A stretch of 63,324 bases of DNA, the filler included, from Candidatus Hydrogenedentota bacterium (GTDB lineage: Bacteria > JBFMHD01): NCBI GenBank assembly GCA_040752395.1. It is 9 parts of 9 records of this genome, joined end to end, with 100 filler letters (N's around TTAATTAATTAA, not from the genome) between each part and the next. Parts side by side here need not be neighbours in the genome. Positions count along the whole stretch, not along the records: positions 1 to 20,325 come from JBFMHD010000019.1; positions 20,426 to 25,821 come from JBFMHD010000191.1; positions 25,922 to 31,268 come from JBFMHD010000193.1; 6 more parts are not named here. One strand, 5' to 3'. Shown in pieces: positions 19,138 to 30,539 of the stretch (within the stretch, counting starts at the first letter, position 1; every line of letters starts with the position of its first letter). The notes under the pieces were generated by a model. That model saw only the letters and a program-made list of their open reading frames with translations. It was not told where the DNA came from and made no database searches. A program made the translations under genes and the position numbers.

Positions 19138-20271
19138 ATGAACGTTCAATATGATGGATATGATGATTATACCAAAGAAGGTCAAACAACTTATTATTCC
19201 TCACATCAGATGCATTATGATATGCTTGAGCTTATGCAATTATGCTATGATAGAAACGCATCAGATATACATGTTGCAGTAAACACACCACCTGTATTAC
19301 GTATTGATGGTCATCTCGAGCCACTTGATGGACCACCATTAACCCCAGCTGATACTGAAAGGCTTGTCAAACAAATAACCTCAGAAATTTATTTACAAAA
19401 GATAGCAGAAGTAGGTGCAGCTGATTTTGCTTATGCGTTTGGTGATATAGCGCGTTTCAGGGTTAGTGCTTTTAGACAGAAGGGTTTGTATCAGGGCTGT
19501 CTTCGGCTTATACCACAGACACTTATGAGTTGGGAACAACTTGGGTTACCACAGATGATAAAAGATTTATTATATCTTCCGCGCGGATTGATAGTTGTAA
19601 CAGGGCCAACCGGCAGTGGTAAAACAACGACGCTTGCATCTATGGTTGATTATATAAATACAGAACGTGACTGCCACATCGTTACTATTGAAGACCCTAT
19701 AGAGTTTTATCATCATCATAAAAAGAGCATAGTTACCCAAAGGGAACTCGGGGTTGATACCCCGTCGTTTGCTACCGCGTTAAAACACGTATTAAGACAA
19801 AACCCTGATATAATACTTGTGGGTGAGATGCGAGACCTTGAGACGATCCAGGCAGCCATAACTGCTGCTGAAACAGGACATCTTGTATTTGCTACACTTC
19901 ATACAAGCACAGCACCAGGAACCATCAACCGTGTTATTGATGCTTTCCCGATGGACCAGCAGGCACAGATACGAACACAGCTGTCAGTCTCATTAGTTGC
20001 GGTTATCTGTCAGACATTATTGCCGAGAATAAAGGGTGGTCGCTGTGCAGCGTTTGAAATCCTTGTTGCCACAGATGCGGTTAAAGCTATGATACGTGAT
20101 AATAAAATCCCAAATATTGTTTCAGCTATCCAGACAGGTCAGAAACTCGGGATGCAGACACTTGAACAGGGGTTATTCAATCTTTATCAGAGAGGCTGGG
20201 TTTCGTATCAGGATGCGATAAGAAAGGCACAACGTCCTGATGAATTCGAGAAACTTGTGAAAGGCGATTAG
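19138..20271 (+). CDS. pilT: Twitching motility retraction ATPase
   Basis: GPTGSGKTTT, TIEDPIE, VGEMRDLET, ETGHLVFATLHT, GMQT. Confidence 0.95.
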   Translation: MNVQYDGYDDYTKEGQTTYYSSHQMHYDMLELMQLCYDRNASDIHVAVNTPPVLRIDGHLEPLDGPPLTPADTERLVKQITSEIYLQKIAEVGAADFAYAFGDIARFRVSAFRQKGLYQGCLRLIPQTLMSWEQLGLPQMIKDLLYLPRGLIVVTGPTGSGKTTTLASMVDYINTERDCHIVTIEDPIEFYHHHKKSIVTQRELGVDTPSFATALKHVLRQNPDIILVGEMRDLETIQAAITAAETGHLVFATLHTSTAPGTINRVIDAFPMDQQAQIRTQLSVSLVAVICQTLLPRIKGGRCAAFEILVATDAVKAMIRDNKIPNIVSAIQTGQKLGMQTLEQGLFNLYQRGWVSYQDAIRKAQRPDEFEKLVKGD

Positions 20272-20325
20272 GTACAAAGGTATAAACTAAATGAAAAGAT
20301 AGTGAAGACTCAAGACTTTTCAGCA

Positions 20326-20425
20326 NNNNNNNNNNNNNNNNNNNNNNNNNNNNNNNNNNNNNNNNNNNNTTAATTAATTAANNNNNNNNNNNNNNNNNNN
20401 NNNNNNNNNNNNNNNNNNNNNNNNN
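20326..20425. other. Artificial contig linker; the same linker occurs at 25822-25921, 31269-31368, 36690-36789, 42095-42194, 47483-47582, 52847-52946 and 58086-58185
   Basis: 100 nt of N with a central all-frame-stop TTAATTAATTAA. Confidence 0.99.
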
Positions 20426-20702
20426 GGAGTAGTCATGAGTGCGGGTTGCGCTCTACACTATTGGGTTATTGGGTTATTGGGTTATTGCGTTTTTGCGCTC
20501 TACACAAGGTATGAAAAACTAAAGATGATATGAAAAGAGTCACAAGTCGCAAGTCGTGAGTCAAAACAGGACTCGAGACTCAAGACTCAAGACTTTTCAG
20601 CAGGCTTTTGGCTTTTGGCTCCAGCCGGCTGTACTCCGTAACCTGTAGCCTGTCCTGCTACTTCTCACTTCCCACTTCTTACTTCTTACTTTTTCAGAGG
20701 AG
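20426..20702 (+). repeat. Modular intergenic element, near full-length
   Basis: GGAG..ATGAG..GCGCTCTACAC, TTGGGTTA array, TATGAAAAACTAAAGATGATATG, GACTCAA array, GGCTTTT, GTAGCCT-type block, CTTCTTA, ending TTTTTCAGAGGAG. Confidence 0.92.
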
Positions 20703-20729
20703 TAGTGAGGGTCAAAAGACCCGTAGTAG
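20700..20729 (+). repeat. GTAG-type REP-like palindrome
   Basis: GAGTAGTGAGGGTCAAAAGACCCGTAGTAG; near-identical at 62201-62230 (minus), related at 43879-43899 (minus). Confidence 0.75.
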
Positions 20730-20741
20730 GCTTTTTACTAT

Positions 20742-22274
20742 ATGGGTATGAACAGAGATAGAAAAAAAGTATTTTTACTTGGTATGGATGGTGTACCATT
20801 AGAACTTATTCAGCCATGGCTTGATTCAGGTGAGATGCCGACTTTGAAACAAATCCAGGAGCAGAGCCGATATGGCACTATTGTATCGTGTATCCCGCCA
20901 TCGACATCTGCTGCGTTTGCTTCGATTATGACCGGGAAAAATCCAGGTAAACACGGTATATATGATTTCTTTGCAAAAAAAGATGTTTCTTATGATTTCG
21001 GGATTAATACCTTTTCAGATATAAAAGCTGAAACCGTCTGGCATATACTTTCAAGACACGGTAAAAAAGTTAATATTTTAAATCTGCCATTCACTTATCC
21101 GATAAAACCGGTCAATGGCTGTATTATAAGCGGATTGATAACGCCACATGGTGCAAAAGATTATTGTTATCCTGAAGGGTTACTGGATGAGCTGTCACTT
21201 AATGTGGGAGACTATTATCTGCATCTTGATGAAAAATATGAAAAAGGCAATGTTCATAAATTTATCGATGAACAGAATAAGTCAAACAAGATTATGGTTG
21301 ACTATGCTCTCTATATGATGGAGAAAAAAGAATGGGATTTCTTTTTTATGCATTTTATAACAACAGACAGGGTCTTACATGAGGTATGGCATTTTAACGA
21401 TCCAACACATCCTCAATATGACCCCAAAGAGGTGAGACGCGATGGGAATGTTCTAAAGGAGTTCTATATAAGGCTTGACAGAGAAATCAAACGAGTTATT
21501 GATAGACTTGAAGACAATACTACTTTGATTATTTTTTCTGACCATGGTTTTTGTGGGATAGAAAGATTTATTAATATGAATACATGGCTTTTACTTAATG
21601 GCTATATTACATTAAAAAACAGCATACTTACTAAAATAAAATATATTTTCAATCGATACGGATTTAACTATTATTCAATTGGTAAACTTCTTTTGAAAAT
21701 GAAATTAACCAAATATCTTATGAGGAAAGACTTTGAGGGGCGTCAGGCAGGACAGCAAAAATTTTTTCTCTCATTAATGGATGTTGACTGGCGCAAAACT
21801 TTGGCTTTTTCATCTGGCTTCTGGAGTCAAATTTATATTAACCGCAAAAATTATTTTAAAAATGGGATAGTTGATGAAAATGAATACCCACGATTACTTG
21901 AAGAAATTAAAGAAAAACTATTTACATTGAGAGACCCTGATACCGGTGAAAAATTAATAGATAAGGTCTATTTTAAAAAAGAGATTTATAGCGGAGCATG
22001 GCTTGATTATGCCCCGGATATTTTGTTTGAGATGAAAAATAAAAGATATAAACCGTTAGGACTTGCTGATTTCCCTTCAACTGCTATTATTGAGGATATC
22101 TTTGGCTGCACCGGAAATCATTCTCACACAGGATTGATTATGATTAAAGGACCAGAAGTAAATAATTACGGATATACAATTCATAATGCTTCGATTTATG
22201 ACATTGCTCCGACTGTTCTGAAATTATTTAATATATTACCTGATAATGATATGGATGGTAAACCCCTGATATGA
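20742..22274 (+). CDS. Alkaline phosphatase superfamily / nucleotide pyrophosphatase-phosphodiesterase
   Basis: LGMDG, MTGKNPGKHGIYDF, SDHGF, GNH, IYDIAPT. Confidence 0.85.
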   Translation: MGMNRDRKKVFLLGMDGVPLELIQPWLDSGEMPTLKQIQEQSRYGTIVSCIPPSTSAAFASIMTGKNPGKHGIYDFFAKKDVSYDFGINTFSDIKAETVWHILSRHGKKVNILNLPFTYPIKPVNGCIISGLITPHGAKDYCYPEGLLDELSLNVGDYYLHLDEKYEKGNVHKFIDEQNKSNKIMVDYALYMMEKKEWDFFFMHFITTDRVLHEVWHFNDPTHPQYDPKEVRRDGNVLKEFYIRLDREIKRVIDRLEDNTTLIIFSDHGFCGIERFINMNTWLLLNGYITLKNSILTKIKYIFNRYGFNYYSIGKLLLKMKLTKYLMRKDFEGRQAGQQKFFLSLMDVDWRKTLAFSSGFWSQIYINRKNYFKNGIVDENEYPRLLEEIKEKLFTLRDPDTGEKLIDKVYFKKEIYSGAWLDYAPDILFEMKNKRYKPLGLADFPSTAIIEDIFGCTGNHSHTGLIMIKGPEVNNYGYTIHNASIYDIAPTVLKLFNILPDNDMDGKPLI

Positions 22275-22291
22275 ACTAAGGAAATTAATTT

Positions 22292-23329
22292 ATGAATTAT
22301 TTAAACCTCCTTGTGAAAATAGTGCGTTCCCGCTTGGGGTTAATCAATATGCCTTCATTATGTATTTTTTTAGTAACCGGACATTGTAATTGTCGATGCC
22401 CAGGATGCGATATATGGAAATATCCCGATAGAGTTAATGACATGACTCTCGACGAGATTAAGAATGTATTTAATGAAGATTTACGCTGTTTGGAAGTATT
22501 ACGGTTATCAGGTGGCGAGCCTTTTATGAGAAGTGATTTCCCTCAAATAGTACAACATTTACTGAAAGTTATTAAACCATCATATATACAAATAACAACC
22601 AATGGTCTTTTATATGAAAGAATCCTGTCTTTTATGGAGGAATTTGGAAATCAGGCGTTACACCTGATAGTTTCTATTGACGGGATCGGAGAGGCACATG
22701 ACAGAAGTCGAGGAATCAATGGTGCTTTTGATAAAGTGATAAAAACTGCAACACAGTTAGCTAAACTTCGGCTTAAAAAGAAGTTTTTTCTTGCTGTAAC
22801 TCAGATAGTTTCTCCAGACCGACTAGAAGAAATTCCAAAGCTAAGAGAGATCCTTGAATCTATAGGAATATCAAATATTAATTATTCACCTTTTACCTAT
22901 CTCTTAAAGAAAGATATCTCAATAGAACAAAAATTTGATTTTCTAAAGATACCAAAAGAAAAAGCTAAAGCTATTTTTACTGAATTGGAAAAAGCAAAAC
23001 CACAGGATGTATTTATTCGTAAACTAATTTATAAATATTATCATAAAGGATTAAAGAATCGTTTATTATATGAAAAATATACCCCTAAATTTATCTGTAC
23101 TGTACTCTCAAATTATTTTCGCATATTATCAACTGGTGACGTTGTTATCTGTAATATCTATGATAAGCCCATAGGAAATCTTAAAAAGACTTCATTTAGA
23201 CAATTGTGGTATTCACCTGAGGCTGATACAGCCCGTAAAATTGCACGGAACTGTCGAGGCTGCTGGTACGGCTGTGAAGTGATCCCTAATGCAGTATATA
23301 CAGGTGATATCATTAGAGCATTATTTTAG
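22292..23329 (+). CDS. Radical SAM protein with SPASM/twitch domain
   Basis: CNCRCPGC, SGGEPF, C..GDVVIC..CRGCWYGC. Confidence 0.88.
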   Translation: MNYLNLLVKIVRSRLGLINMPSLCIFLVTGHCNCRCPGCDIWKYPDRVNDMTLDEIKNVFNEDLRCLEVLRLSGGEPFMRSDFPQIVQHLLKVIKPSYIQITTNGLLYERILSFMEEFGNQALHLIVSIDGIGEAHDRSRGINGAFDKVIKTATQLAKLRLKKKFFLAVTQIVSPDRLEEIPKLREILESIGISNINYSPFTYLLKKDISIEQKFDFLKIPKEKAKAIFTELEKAKPQDVFIRKLIYKYYHKGLKNRLLYEKYTPKFICTVLSNYFRILSTGDVVICNIYDKPIGNLKKTSFRQLWYSPEADTARKIARNCRGCWYGCEVIPNAVYTGDIIRALF

Positions 23330-23404
23330 GGGAGTTTCTTTATCTTGCCTCTCGCCTCTAATATATCACCTATAACTGCGGGGTTACACTCATTCTGAGG
23401 AGTT

Positions 23405-24823
23405 ATGGTATCAGTTCTTTTAGCCAATGCCCCGTATTCACTTGAAGAACGCTACGGTAAATTAGCTACTATCGGTGCTACTTTACCAAATATTGGTTTA
23501 TTAATGCTCGGTGCTGTATTACGTAAGGCAGGATATAATGTAAAAATACTTGATGCCTCGGCACTGGGATTGAATTATGATGAAACTATTTACGAAGTAA
23601 AAAATTTTAAACCAGATATAGTTGGTTTGTCCACATTGACACCTCTAATTAATAGAACCGTTAAGCTATCAAAGAAGATTAAATCAATATTTCCAGAAGT
23701 ACCCATTATCATAGGAGGGGCTCATATAACAGCTATACCTGAGGAAACCCTCAAGAATCAGTGTTTTGACTATGGTGTAATTGGCGAAGGTGAGGTAACC
23801 ATAGTAGAATTAGTTGAAAAGCTTGCTTCTAATCAGCCAGTCCATAATATCAAAGGCATTGTTTTTAGAGAAAATAGCAGAATAAGAATTACTGATACGC
23901 GACCACCAATCCCTGATATTGATACATTGCCTTTTCCAGCATGGGAGATGCTTGAGGATTTTCCTGAAAATTATCATCCGGCAATCTTTAAATATAAAAA
24001 ACTGCCTTCAACTCATATTATCTCATCTCGTGGTTGTCCATATCGTTGTATATTTTGTGATACTTCAGTATTTAGTCGCAATGTGCGTTACCATAGCCCC
24101 GAATATGTTTTAGAGATGATTACTCATCTTAAAAATAAATTTGGGATAAAAGAGATTATATTTGAGGATGACCAATTTCTTGCTAATAAGGAACGTGTTG
24201 AAACTATATGTAAGAACTTAATAGAGACCAGAGTGAATATCAGCTGGTGCTGCAGCGCCAGAGTTAATTCTGCTAACGATATTAATTTACTCAGACTGAT
24301 GAAACGGGCTGGATGCTGGCAGATAAATTATGGGATTGAATCAGGTAATCAACAGATTCTCAATAATATTAAAAAAGGGATTACACTGGAGCAGATTGAA
24401 AGAGCTGTTACATTAACTCATAAAGCAGGTATCTCGGCTAAAGGATATTTTATTTTCGGCTCACCGCAAGAAACAGAAGATACAATGCAGGATACAATCC
24501 AATTAGCCAAACGTCTCCCTTTAGACGATATCAGTGTTTTTATGATGACACCGCTGCCAGGGTCAGAGATTTATGCACTCGCAGATAAATATGGGTTCTT
24601 TGAAAAAGAGTTTGATAAAATGAATATCCTTGATATAGTATTTGTGCCCAAGGGGCTTTCAAAAGAAATATTACTTCGGTATCAAAAACGACTTATGAAA
24701 GAATTTTATCTTCGACCACGGATTATATTAAATTATTTACTGAAAATATTATTTAACCCCTTACTTGTTAATGATATGGTTAAAGCGTTTGCTGGTTTTA
24801 TCAGATATGTTTTTAAGTTTTAA
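23405..24823 (+). CDS. B12-binding radical SAM protein
   Basis: Cobalamin-binding domain (GGAH, GEGE), SRGCPYRCIFC, GIESG. Confidence 0.9.
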   Translation: MVSVLLANAPYSLEERYGKLATIGATLPNIGLLMLGAVLRKAGYNVKILDASALGLNYDETIYEVKNFKPDIVGLSTLTPLINRTVKLSKKIKSIFPEVPIIIGGAHITAIPEETLKNQCFDYGVIGEGEVTIVELVEKLASNQPVHNIKGIVFRENSRIRITDTRPPIPDIDTLPFPAWEMLEDFPENYHPAIFKYKKLPSTHIISSRGCPYRCIFCDTSVFSRNVRYHSPEYVLEMITHLKNKFGIKEIIFEDDQFLANKERVETICKNLIETRVNISWCCSARVNSANDINLLRLMKRAGCWQINYGIESGNQQILNNIKKGITLEQIERAVTLTHKAGISAKGYFIFGSPQETEDTMQDTIQLAKRLPLDDISVFMMTPLPGSEIYALADKYGFFEKEFDKMNILDIVFVPKGLSKEILLRYQKRLMKEFYLRPRIILNYLLKILFNPLLVNDMVKAFAGFIRYVFKF

Positions 24824-24846
24824 TATTATTCAAAGGAATAAAAGAA

Positions 24847-25557
24847 ATGCCAGAGTCAACAAAAGAAGTAATTGTTATTATACCTGCTTATAACGAAGGA
24901 GGACGCATAGCTCAGGTTCTTTGCAACGTGAAAAAAGCGATGCCTCAAGCAGACCTGCTGGTGATTGATGATGGTTCAACTGATACTACTGAAGAGGAGT
25001 CCAGAAGATTTGGGGCTGGTGTGGTCTCACTGATGTTTAATATGGGTTATGGAGTTGCGCTACAAACAGGATATAAATACGCTAAAGAAGGGGGTTATAG
25101 ATATATACTTCAAATAGATGCTGATGGCCAGCACGAACCTGAATATTTAAATAATATTCTAAAAGAACTTAAGTTAGATAGCGCTGATGTGATTATTGGC
25201 TCCAGATTTATGGGAACAGGAAGTTATAGACCAACGATTGTGAGACGAGTTGGTATGCTATTCTTTTCCTTCTTAACCTCAATTATAACCAAGCAGAAAA
25301 TATCAGATTCAACCTCTGGTTTTCTTGGATTTAATCATAAAGTCCTTGAATTTCTAACCTCTGAATTCTTTCCAATAGATTACCCAGATGCTGATTCAAT
25401 AGTTATGATACATAGATATGGTTTTAGAATAAAAGAGGTCCCGGTAGTAATGAAAGCAGGTACCGGAAAAACAATGCATAGTGGACTCAAACCCGTATAT
25501 TATGTCTTTAAAATGTTATTATCAGTATTTGTTACGCTTTTACGAAAATACCGTTAA
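24847..25557 (+). CDS. Glycosyltransferase family 2 (DPM1-like)
   Basis: IPAYNE, DDGSTD, DADGQH, IGSRF, DSTSGF. Confidence 0.9.
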   Translation: MPESTKEVIVIIPAYNEGGRIAQVLCNVKKAMPQADLLVIDDGSTDTTEEESRRFGAGVVSLMFNMGYGVALQTGYKYAKEGGYRYILQIDADGQHEPEYLNNILKELKLDSADVIIGSRFMGTGSYRPTIVRRVGMLFFSFLTSIITKQKISDSTSGFLGFNHKVLEFLTSEFFPIDYPDADSIVMIHRYGFRIKEVPVVMKAGTGKTMHSGLKPVYYVFKMLLSVFVTLLRKYR

Positions 25558-25659
25558 TGTATATTTCTTATTTTATTCAAAAATTCAAAGATTCACAGAT
25601 TAAAAGAGTAAAAAATTCAAAATTCAAAATTAAAAATTAGGAGTCAGGGGTCAGACTTC

Positions 25660-25821
25660 TTGCTTCTATTTTCTGATACTTCTTACTTTCAAAGGCACAG
25701 AGGCACAAAGGTACAAAGGCACAAAGTATGAAAAACTAAAGATGATATGAAAAGAGTCACAAGTCGCAAGTCGTGAGTCAAAACAGGACTCGAGACTCGA
25801 GACTCAAGACTTTTCAGCAGG
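25660..25821 (+). repeat. Modular intergenic element running into the contig end
   Basis: GGCACAAA array, TATGAAAAACTAAAGATGATATG, GACTCGA/GACTCAA array. Confidence 0.9.
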
Positions 25822-25921
25822 NNNNNNNNNNNNNNNNNNNNNNNNNNNNNNNNNNNNNNNNNNNNTTAATTAATTAANNNNNNNNNNNNNNNNNNNNNNN
25901 NNNNNNNNNNNNNNNNNNNNN

Positions 25922-28900
25922 TATCAGCTGGCTGAACAAACTTAAGTTTCCGAACGACAGTTACCCTATTAGTATCAAGTTCTTTAACTACATCAGCTAT
26001 TTTAGTGTATATCTTTTCATCATCGATAAATGCTACGGCATTCTGCTGGTCTAATGCAAAAAAATTGATTCCCGGGAATAAATCTGTAAGGGTTGTTTGA
26101 ACATTTGATGCAGTAGCATTTTTAAGATATATAATTCTATATTTATCCGAATCAAGAGCCTTAATCGTCTCAGAGACAGCATCGATCATTTTTTTACTCG
26201 GTGCACCGATAACTAATCTATGGCCTGGACCCGTTGTTATAGTGAGTGAGGGGAAATGGGTCTGAAGAACAGTCTGTATCTCTGATAAACTCCTGTGATA
26301 GATTTCAAAAACCTCAATCTCTCTGCTTGCTTCAAGTTTATCCACAAGGTATTTAATCTCTGACACTGTTTCGGGATTAGCTAAAACAAGAAGCTTATCT
26401 TCATATTGATTTAGAATAGCGTTAGGATATAATGTTTGAATAGTAGACATTACAGTAGAGATATTAGTTCTTGGTGATAGTATCTCAAGTTTTTTACCTG
26501 CTTCTAATTCATTAACAGTCTTTCTAATGTCATCTAACATTTCAGCTGGAGCAAGTACTACGAGTTTATCCAGATGCTGTATCGGTGTTATATTTTTATA
26601 AATATTCTGCAAGGTGGTCATTACTGTTGATATAGTTGTTTTTGGTAGAAAAATTTCAATCTTCTTGCCAGCATCAAGTTCCTGAACAACTTTTAATATT
26701 TTTTCAATCTCGCCTTTTTTAGCGAATAATAAAACTGCTTTAATATTATCATCACTGATAAACCAGCCGCCATAAACAGGGAATTTTGTCAGGGTTTGTT
26801 CTAATACGGTTGGGGAGACTGTTTTAGGATAATAAGCTTTAAATTCAATCTCGCCCTTTTGTTCATCAATCTGTTTTATTATATCACCTACTCTGCCGAG
26901 TCCTTCCGGGTCACCAAAAATAATAAGATAATTAGCGTCTTGCCACCAGATAATCCTTGCCTCAACGTTCTCTTTTCCTGCTCTTGCAATTTCGAGGAAT
27001 ATTTCTTCCATATTTGATGTAATAAAATCACGTGCAGAAGCATTTTTTAAATAAAAAATTTTGTATGAGAGGTCAGCGACTTGAGGAACATCTACTTTTT
27101 TTATGAATTCTTCTAAATCATCGAGCTTAGAAGATAGGTCTATTACTGTAATACTCTTATTTTCCGGGAATACAAAAGTAAGCCCGTTCTCTGATAATAA
27201 CGGTTTTATCATTTTGTCAATTGCAAATATATTCGCATTCTCTACTTTAAAACTCTCAACAGATAATTGCCCAATTTTCGTAAATTCAGGTTTATCAAGT
27301 TCGTCAATTAATGTCTTTATCTGAGAATGATACCCTGTATTAGCATATATAACCAAACTTGGGGGTTCGGAAATCGGTACTGCGATCACGTCTTTTTCCA
27401 TCAACTTTTTATATTTTTCAATATCTTCCATTTTAAACTCTTTTTGTAGAAATACCCATGATGGTATATAAACTTCAGGACTTCTCAAAGTACCTATATC
27501 AAAGATAGAGCTTAACATTTGAAGAAATTTATCAGGGTCTGCATATTTCAAATTATATCTTTCTATATATTTATAGTTTGCCTGTTTTACATCAAGTGCT
27601 TCAAGTAATGTGAGTGCAGCTCTTAATTCATTCTCAGTTTTAGATATTATCACGACCTGGTTTGAAGACTTGATACTCAAAATAATGCTATTGGGAAATA
27701 CGCGTGAAAGTATCTGACTAAAATCTGCTGCCTGTCCGTTTTTAATATTGTAAATCTTTGGTTCGATAGTCGGCAGGCCGGCATACTGAGCTATTTCTGA
27801 TTCCATTCTTTCAATCAAACTTTTTAGTTGTTCGTAACTGGTATGGGGAGCAAGAACTAAAATAGAATTGCTCTGCGGCAGTGCTTCAAGTCGGATAAGT
27901 TCAGGTTGTAATGATAAAACGTTCTGGCTTATTTCTGCTGGCACCTCGAATTTGGTCTTTCTTTCAGGCCGTTTTATTTCGGCCGTACGTTCAGCAGCAC
28001 TCACACGTCTCGCTGTAGCTTCTACCGTTGTTTCAACGGTCTTTATCTGACCCAATAAATTGTTCAATGTCGTAACTACTTGCTGAGCATCCATATTTTT
28101 TAAATGTACAATATTTATCTCGAGCTGAAGACCCGTTGCCCTGAACTGGTCCAGCATATTAAGTATTTCTTCGATCCTTTTTATATTGGATGCGATATCA
28201 GTTATTATTAACGAGTTAGATTTTGAATCATCTATAACTGTGCCACCATCTGATATCATAGATGACAATTTTGCAGCGAGCTCAGTTGCATTTGAATATT
28301 TTAAACTGAATACACGTGTTACCATATTATCTTTTGCCTCAAGAACTTCATCTTCTTTAATAATGGGTAATGCCTTTTGTAATGCCTCGGTCTTTGTCAC
28401 GATTTTTGTCAAACCGTCCTCGGTTTCAACACGTGTTAAATTTTTCATCTCAAGTATGTGGTCAAGCGCTTCACGAACATTCATATTTTCAAGATGTATT
28501 GTAACCTCGGGCGCTGTTGCAATAGCAGCGTCTGATACTATTATGTTCCAACCCGCATAATCAGCCAGGAATCTTATAATATCAAGAAGCGGCGTATTAT
28601 AAAAATTCATTGAAATAAGAAGTGGTTCATTCTCTATGTTAAAATATTTCTCTTTGAGATTGGGGAATAAAGGAGAATAAACCTTTATTCTTACCTTCCC
28701 CTCTTTGGGACCTGTTCTTACCTTATATACACTCCCTTCACCTTTAATGTCAGTAATAACATTTAAAGTTCTTACATCAGGTGCGTCATCAGCTGAGAGT
28801 AAATAAGCATCACCCTCTACTACTTCGAAAGTTATTGGTACACCTGATACTACATTACCATGTTTATCTTCCACACCTGCTATAAGACTCGAATCTATCA

Positions 28901-30146
28901 GGGTATTAACAAAAACTTTTAATTCATCACCCTGGATCAAAGTTATATTATAAGGTTCTTCTGGTATGACATTGATTTTTATTTTTGTTTCAGCTTCTGG
29001 TGTTATAGTTGAACCTATTTTTACATCTATATACGAGGGTCCGGCTAAAGAGGTTGTTCTTACTTCTTCGAGTTTAACAATCCCACCTTCATCACTATAG
29101 GTATAATCCTGTAACCCACCTGCTATAGGGTCAGCATCAATAATTAAACCTTTGGCCGGGATAAAATAAACTGTTTTTTTAGAGACGAGTTTATTCTCAG
29201 TATCCCGAAGTCTTAAAATGATAGGGACACCAATTTTACTATTAACCCGTACATCCTGTCCCTCACCTGCTAATTTTTCAATAAATACTCTTGGTTTTAT
29301 TTCTTCTTTTGGTAACTGTGGTTCTCTTCTTTTTTCAAGTGCTGTAATAACCGGTATAGGTTGAGCTTTGGGGTCATCAGGTACAGATAGATAGATTTTA
29401 TTTTTTTCTTGTTTAACCGTGTAATTTTCTGCACTCTTTTTTAAATCAAAAACAATCCTTGCGACTGGTTCTGGCTCGCTCTTAAACCTTGAATGCCTGA
29501 TCCTTATAACATTTCCCAAATTCCATTCCAGTTTTTGAGCTGGTAATGCATCGTATATCCCTGGTAAATCAATAATAATCCATGGTGGCTGATTAGATGA
29601 TTTAACATCTGGTTTGGCTTCACCTGTAAGCGTTAAAACAAATTGCGATACGTCTTTATATTTAAAAGCCTCTATAGCAACCACACCTGGTATTTTTGTT
29701 GTTTTAGTAACATCACCCAGGATTTCTGTTTTTTCTATACCCGCAGTGATTTGTTTTACTTTTTCTGGTTTCTTAGTTTCTAATAATTTCTTCTCCTCAA
29801 CTCTCTTCTCAAATTTTTCTATTACAGGTTTTTCTTTTAATTCAGGTTCTCTTCCTCTCAGTTCGTCAACTACTATTTCATAAAGTCTTCTTACTTTTAT
29901 ATTATCCGGGTCTATCTCAAGTGCTTTTTTAAGTTCATTAATAGCTTCCTCATATCTGCCTATGCCATAATAAAATTTGGCTCTATTATAATACTCATCG
30001 ATGTTTTCAGCGAAGCAAGGAGTAGCAGGCTCTAATCTCAGACTCGAAAACCTTTTTTCCAGGTGAATAAAGTTCCTATTTAAGGGTTTTAAATTAAAAA
30101 TAAAGAGAAATAATAAGGTACTGCAAATAAGCTTCAAATTTTTCAT
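25922..30146 (-). CDS. Very large secretin-type (PilQ/GspD) protein, 3' truncated
   Basis: TPR, AMIN (IRIRHSRF..ARIVFDL), Ig-like domains, STN (ISMNFYNTPLLDII), many N-domain repeats (LKYSNA, LKNMDA, LKYADP, LKNASA); the secretin barrel is not on the contig. Confidence 0.8.
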
Positions 30147-30149
30147 CGT

Positions 30150-30539
30150 TCATATCTCCATTTTAAGTTCCATAAGAACCATAGGAAGTGGCTTGAGTTC
30201 TCTTGAAATCGGGTCAAGAATCATCCCTAATGCTTCTAATGCTGTTGCTCCTAATAAAAACACTCCTTTTTCTCCAAAAACAACAGGTGCGGCACTAACA
30301 ATGCCCTTGTATTCAAAATAAGCATTGCCAACAGGCTTTTTGATTACCTCGCCATTGGCTAATATAAATTCGCGGGAAGACGATGGTTTTATGTCTAAAT
30401 TTTTTAAGATATATTCCGGGACTACAGAATAAATTGCGCCTGAATCTACAAGGAATTTTATCTTTCTTGATTTTTTAAGATGCTCTGGATTAATTACTCT
30501 TGCTTTCAGGAATGTAATAGCCATCTTTAGATTATTCAC
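30150..30539 (-). CDS. Clan AA (retropepsin-like) aspartyl protease
   Basis: FLVDSGAIYSVVP, LANG, LLGATALEALG. Confidence 0.85.
   Translation of the reverse strand: MNNLKMAITFLKARVINPEHLKKSRKIKFLVDSGAIYSVVPEYILKNLDIKPSSSREFILANGEVIKKPVGNAYFEYKGIVSAAPVVFGEKGVFLLGATALEALGMILDPISRELKPLPMVLMELKMEI

Noticed and set aside
20326-20425. TTAATTAATTAA palindrome within N runs, eight times
   Set aside because: Artificial all-frame-stop contig linker
20426-20702. Repeats considered as a CRISPR array
   Set aside because: No constant repeat with unique spacers and no cas genes; these are tandem 7/8-mers in dispersed copies
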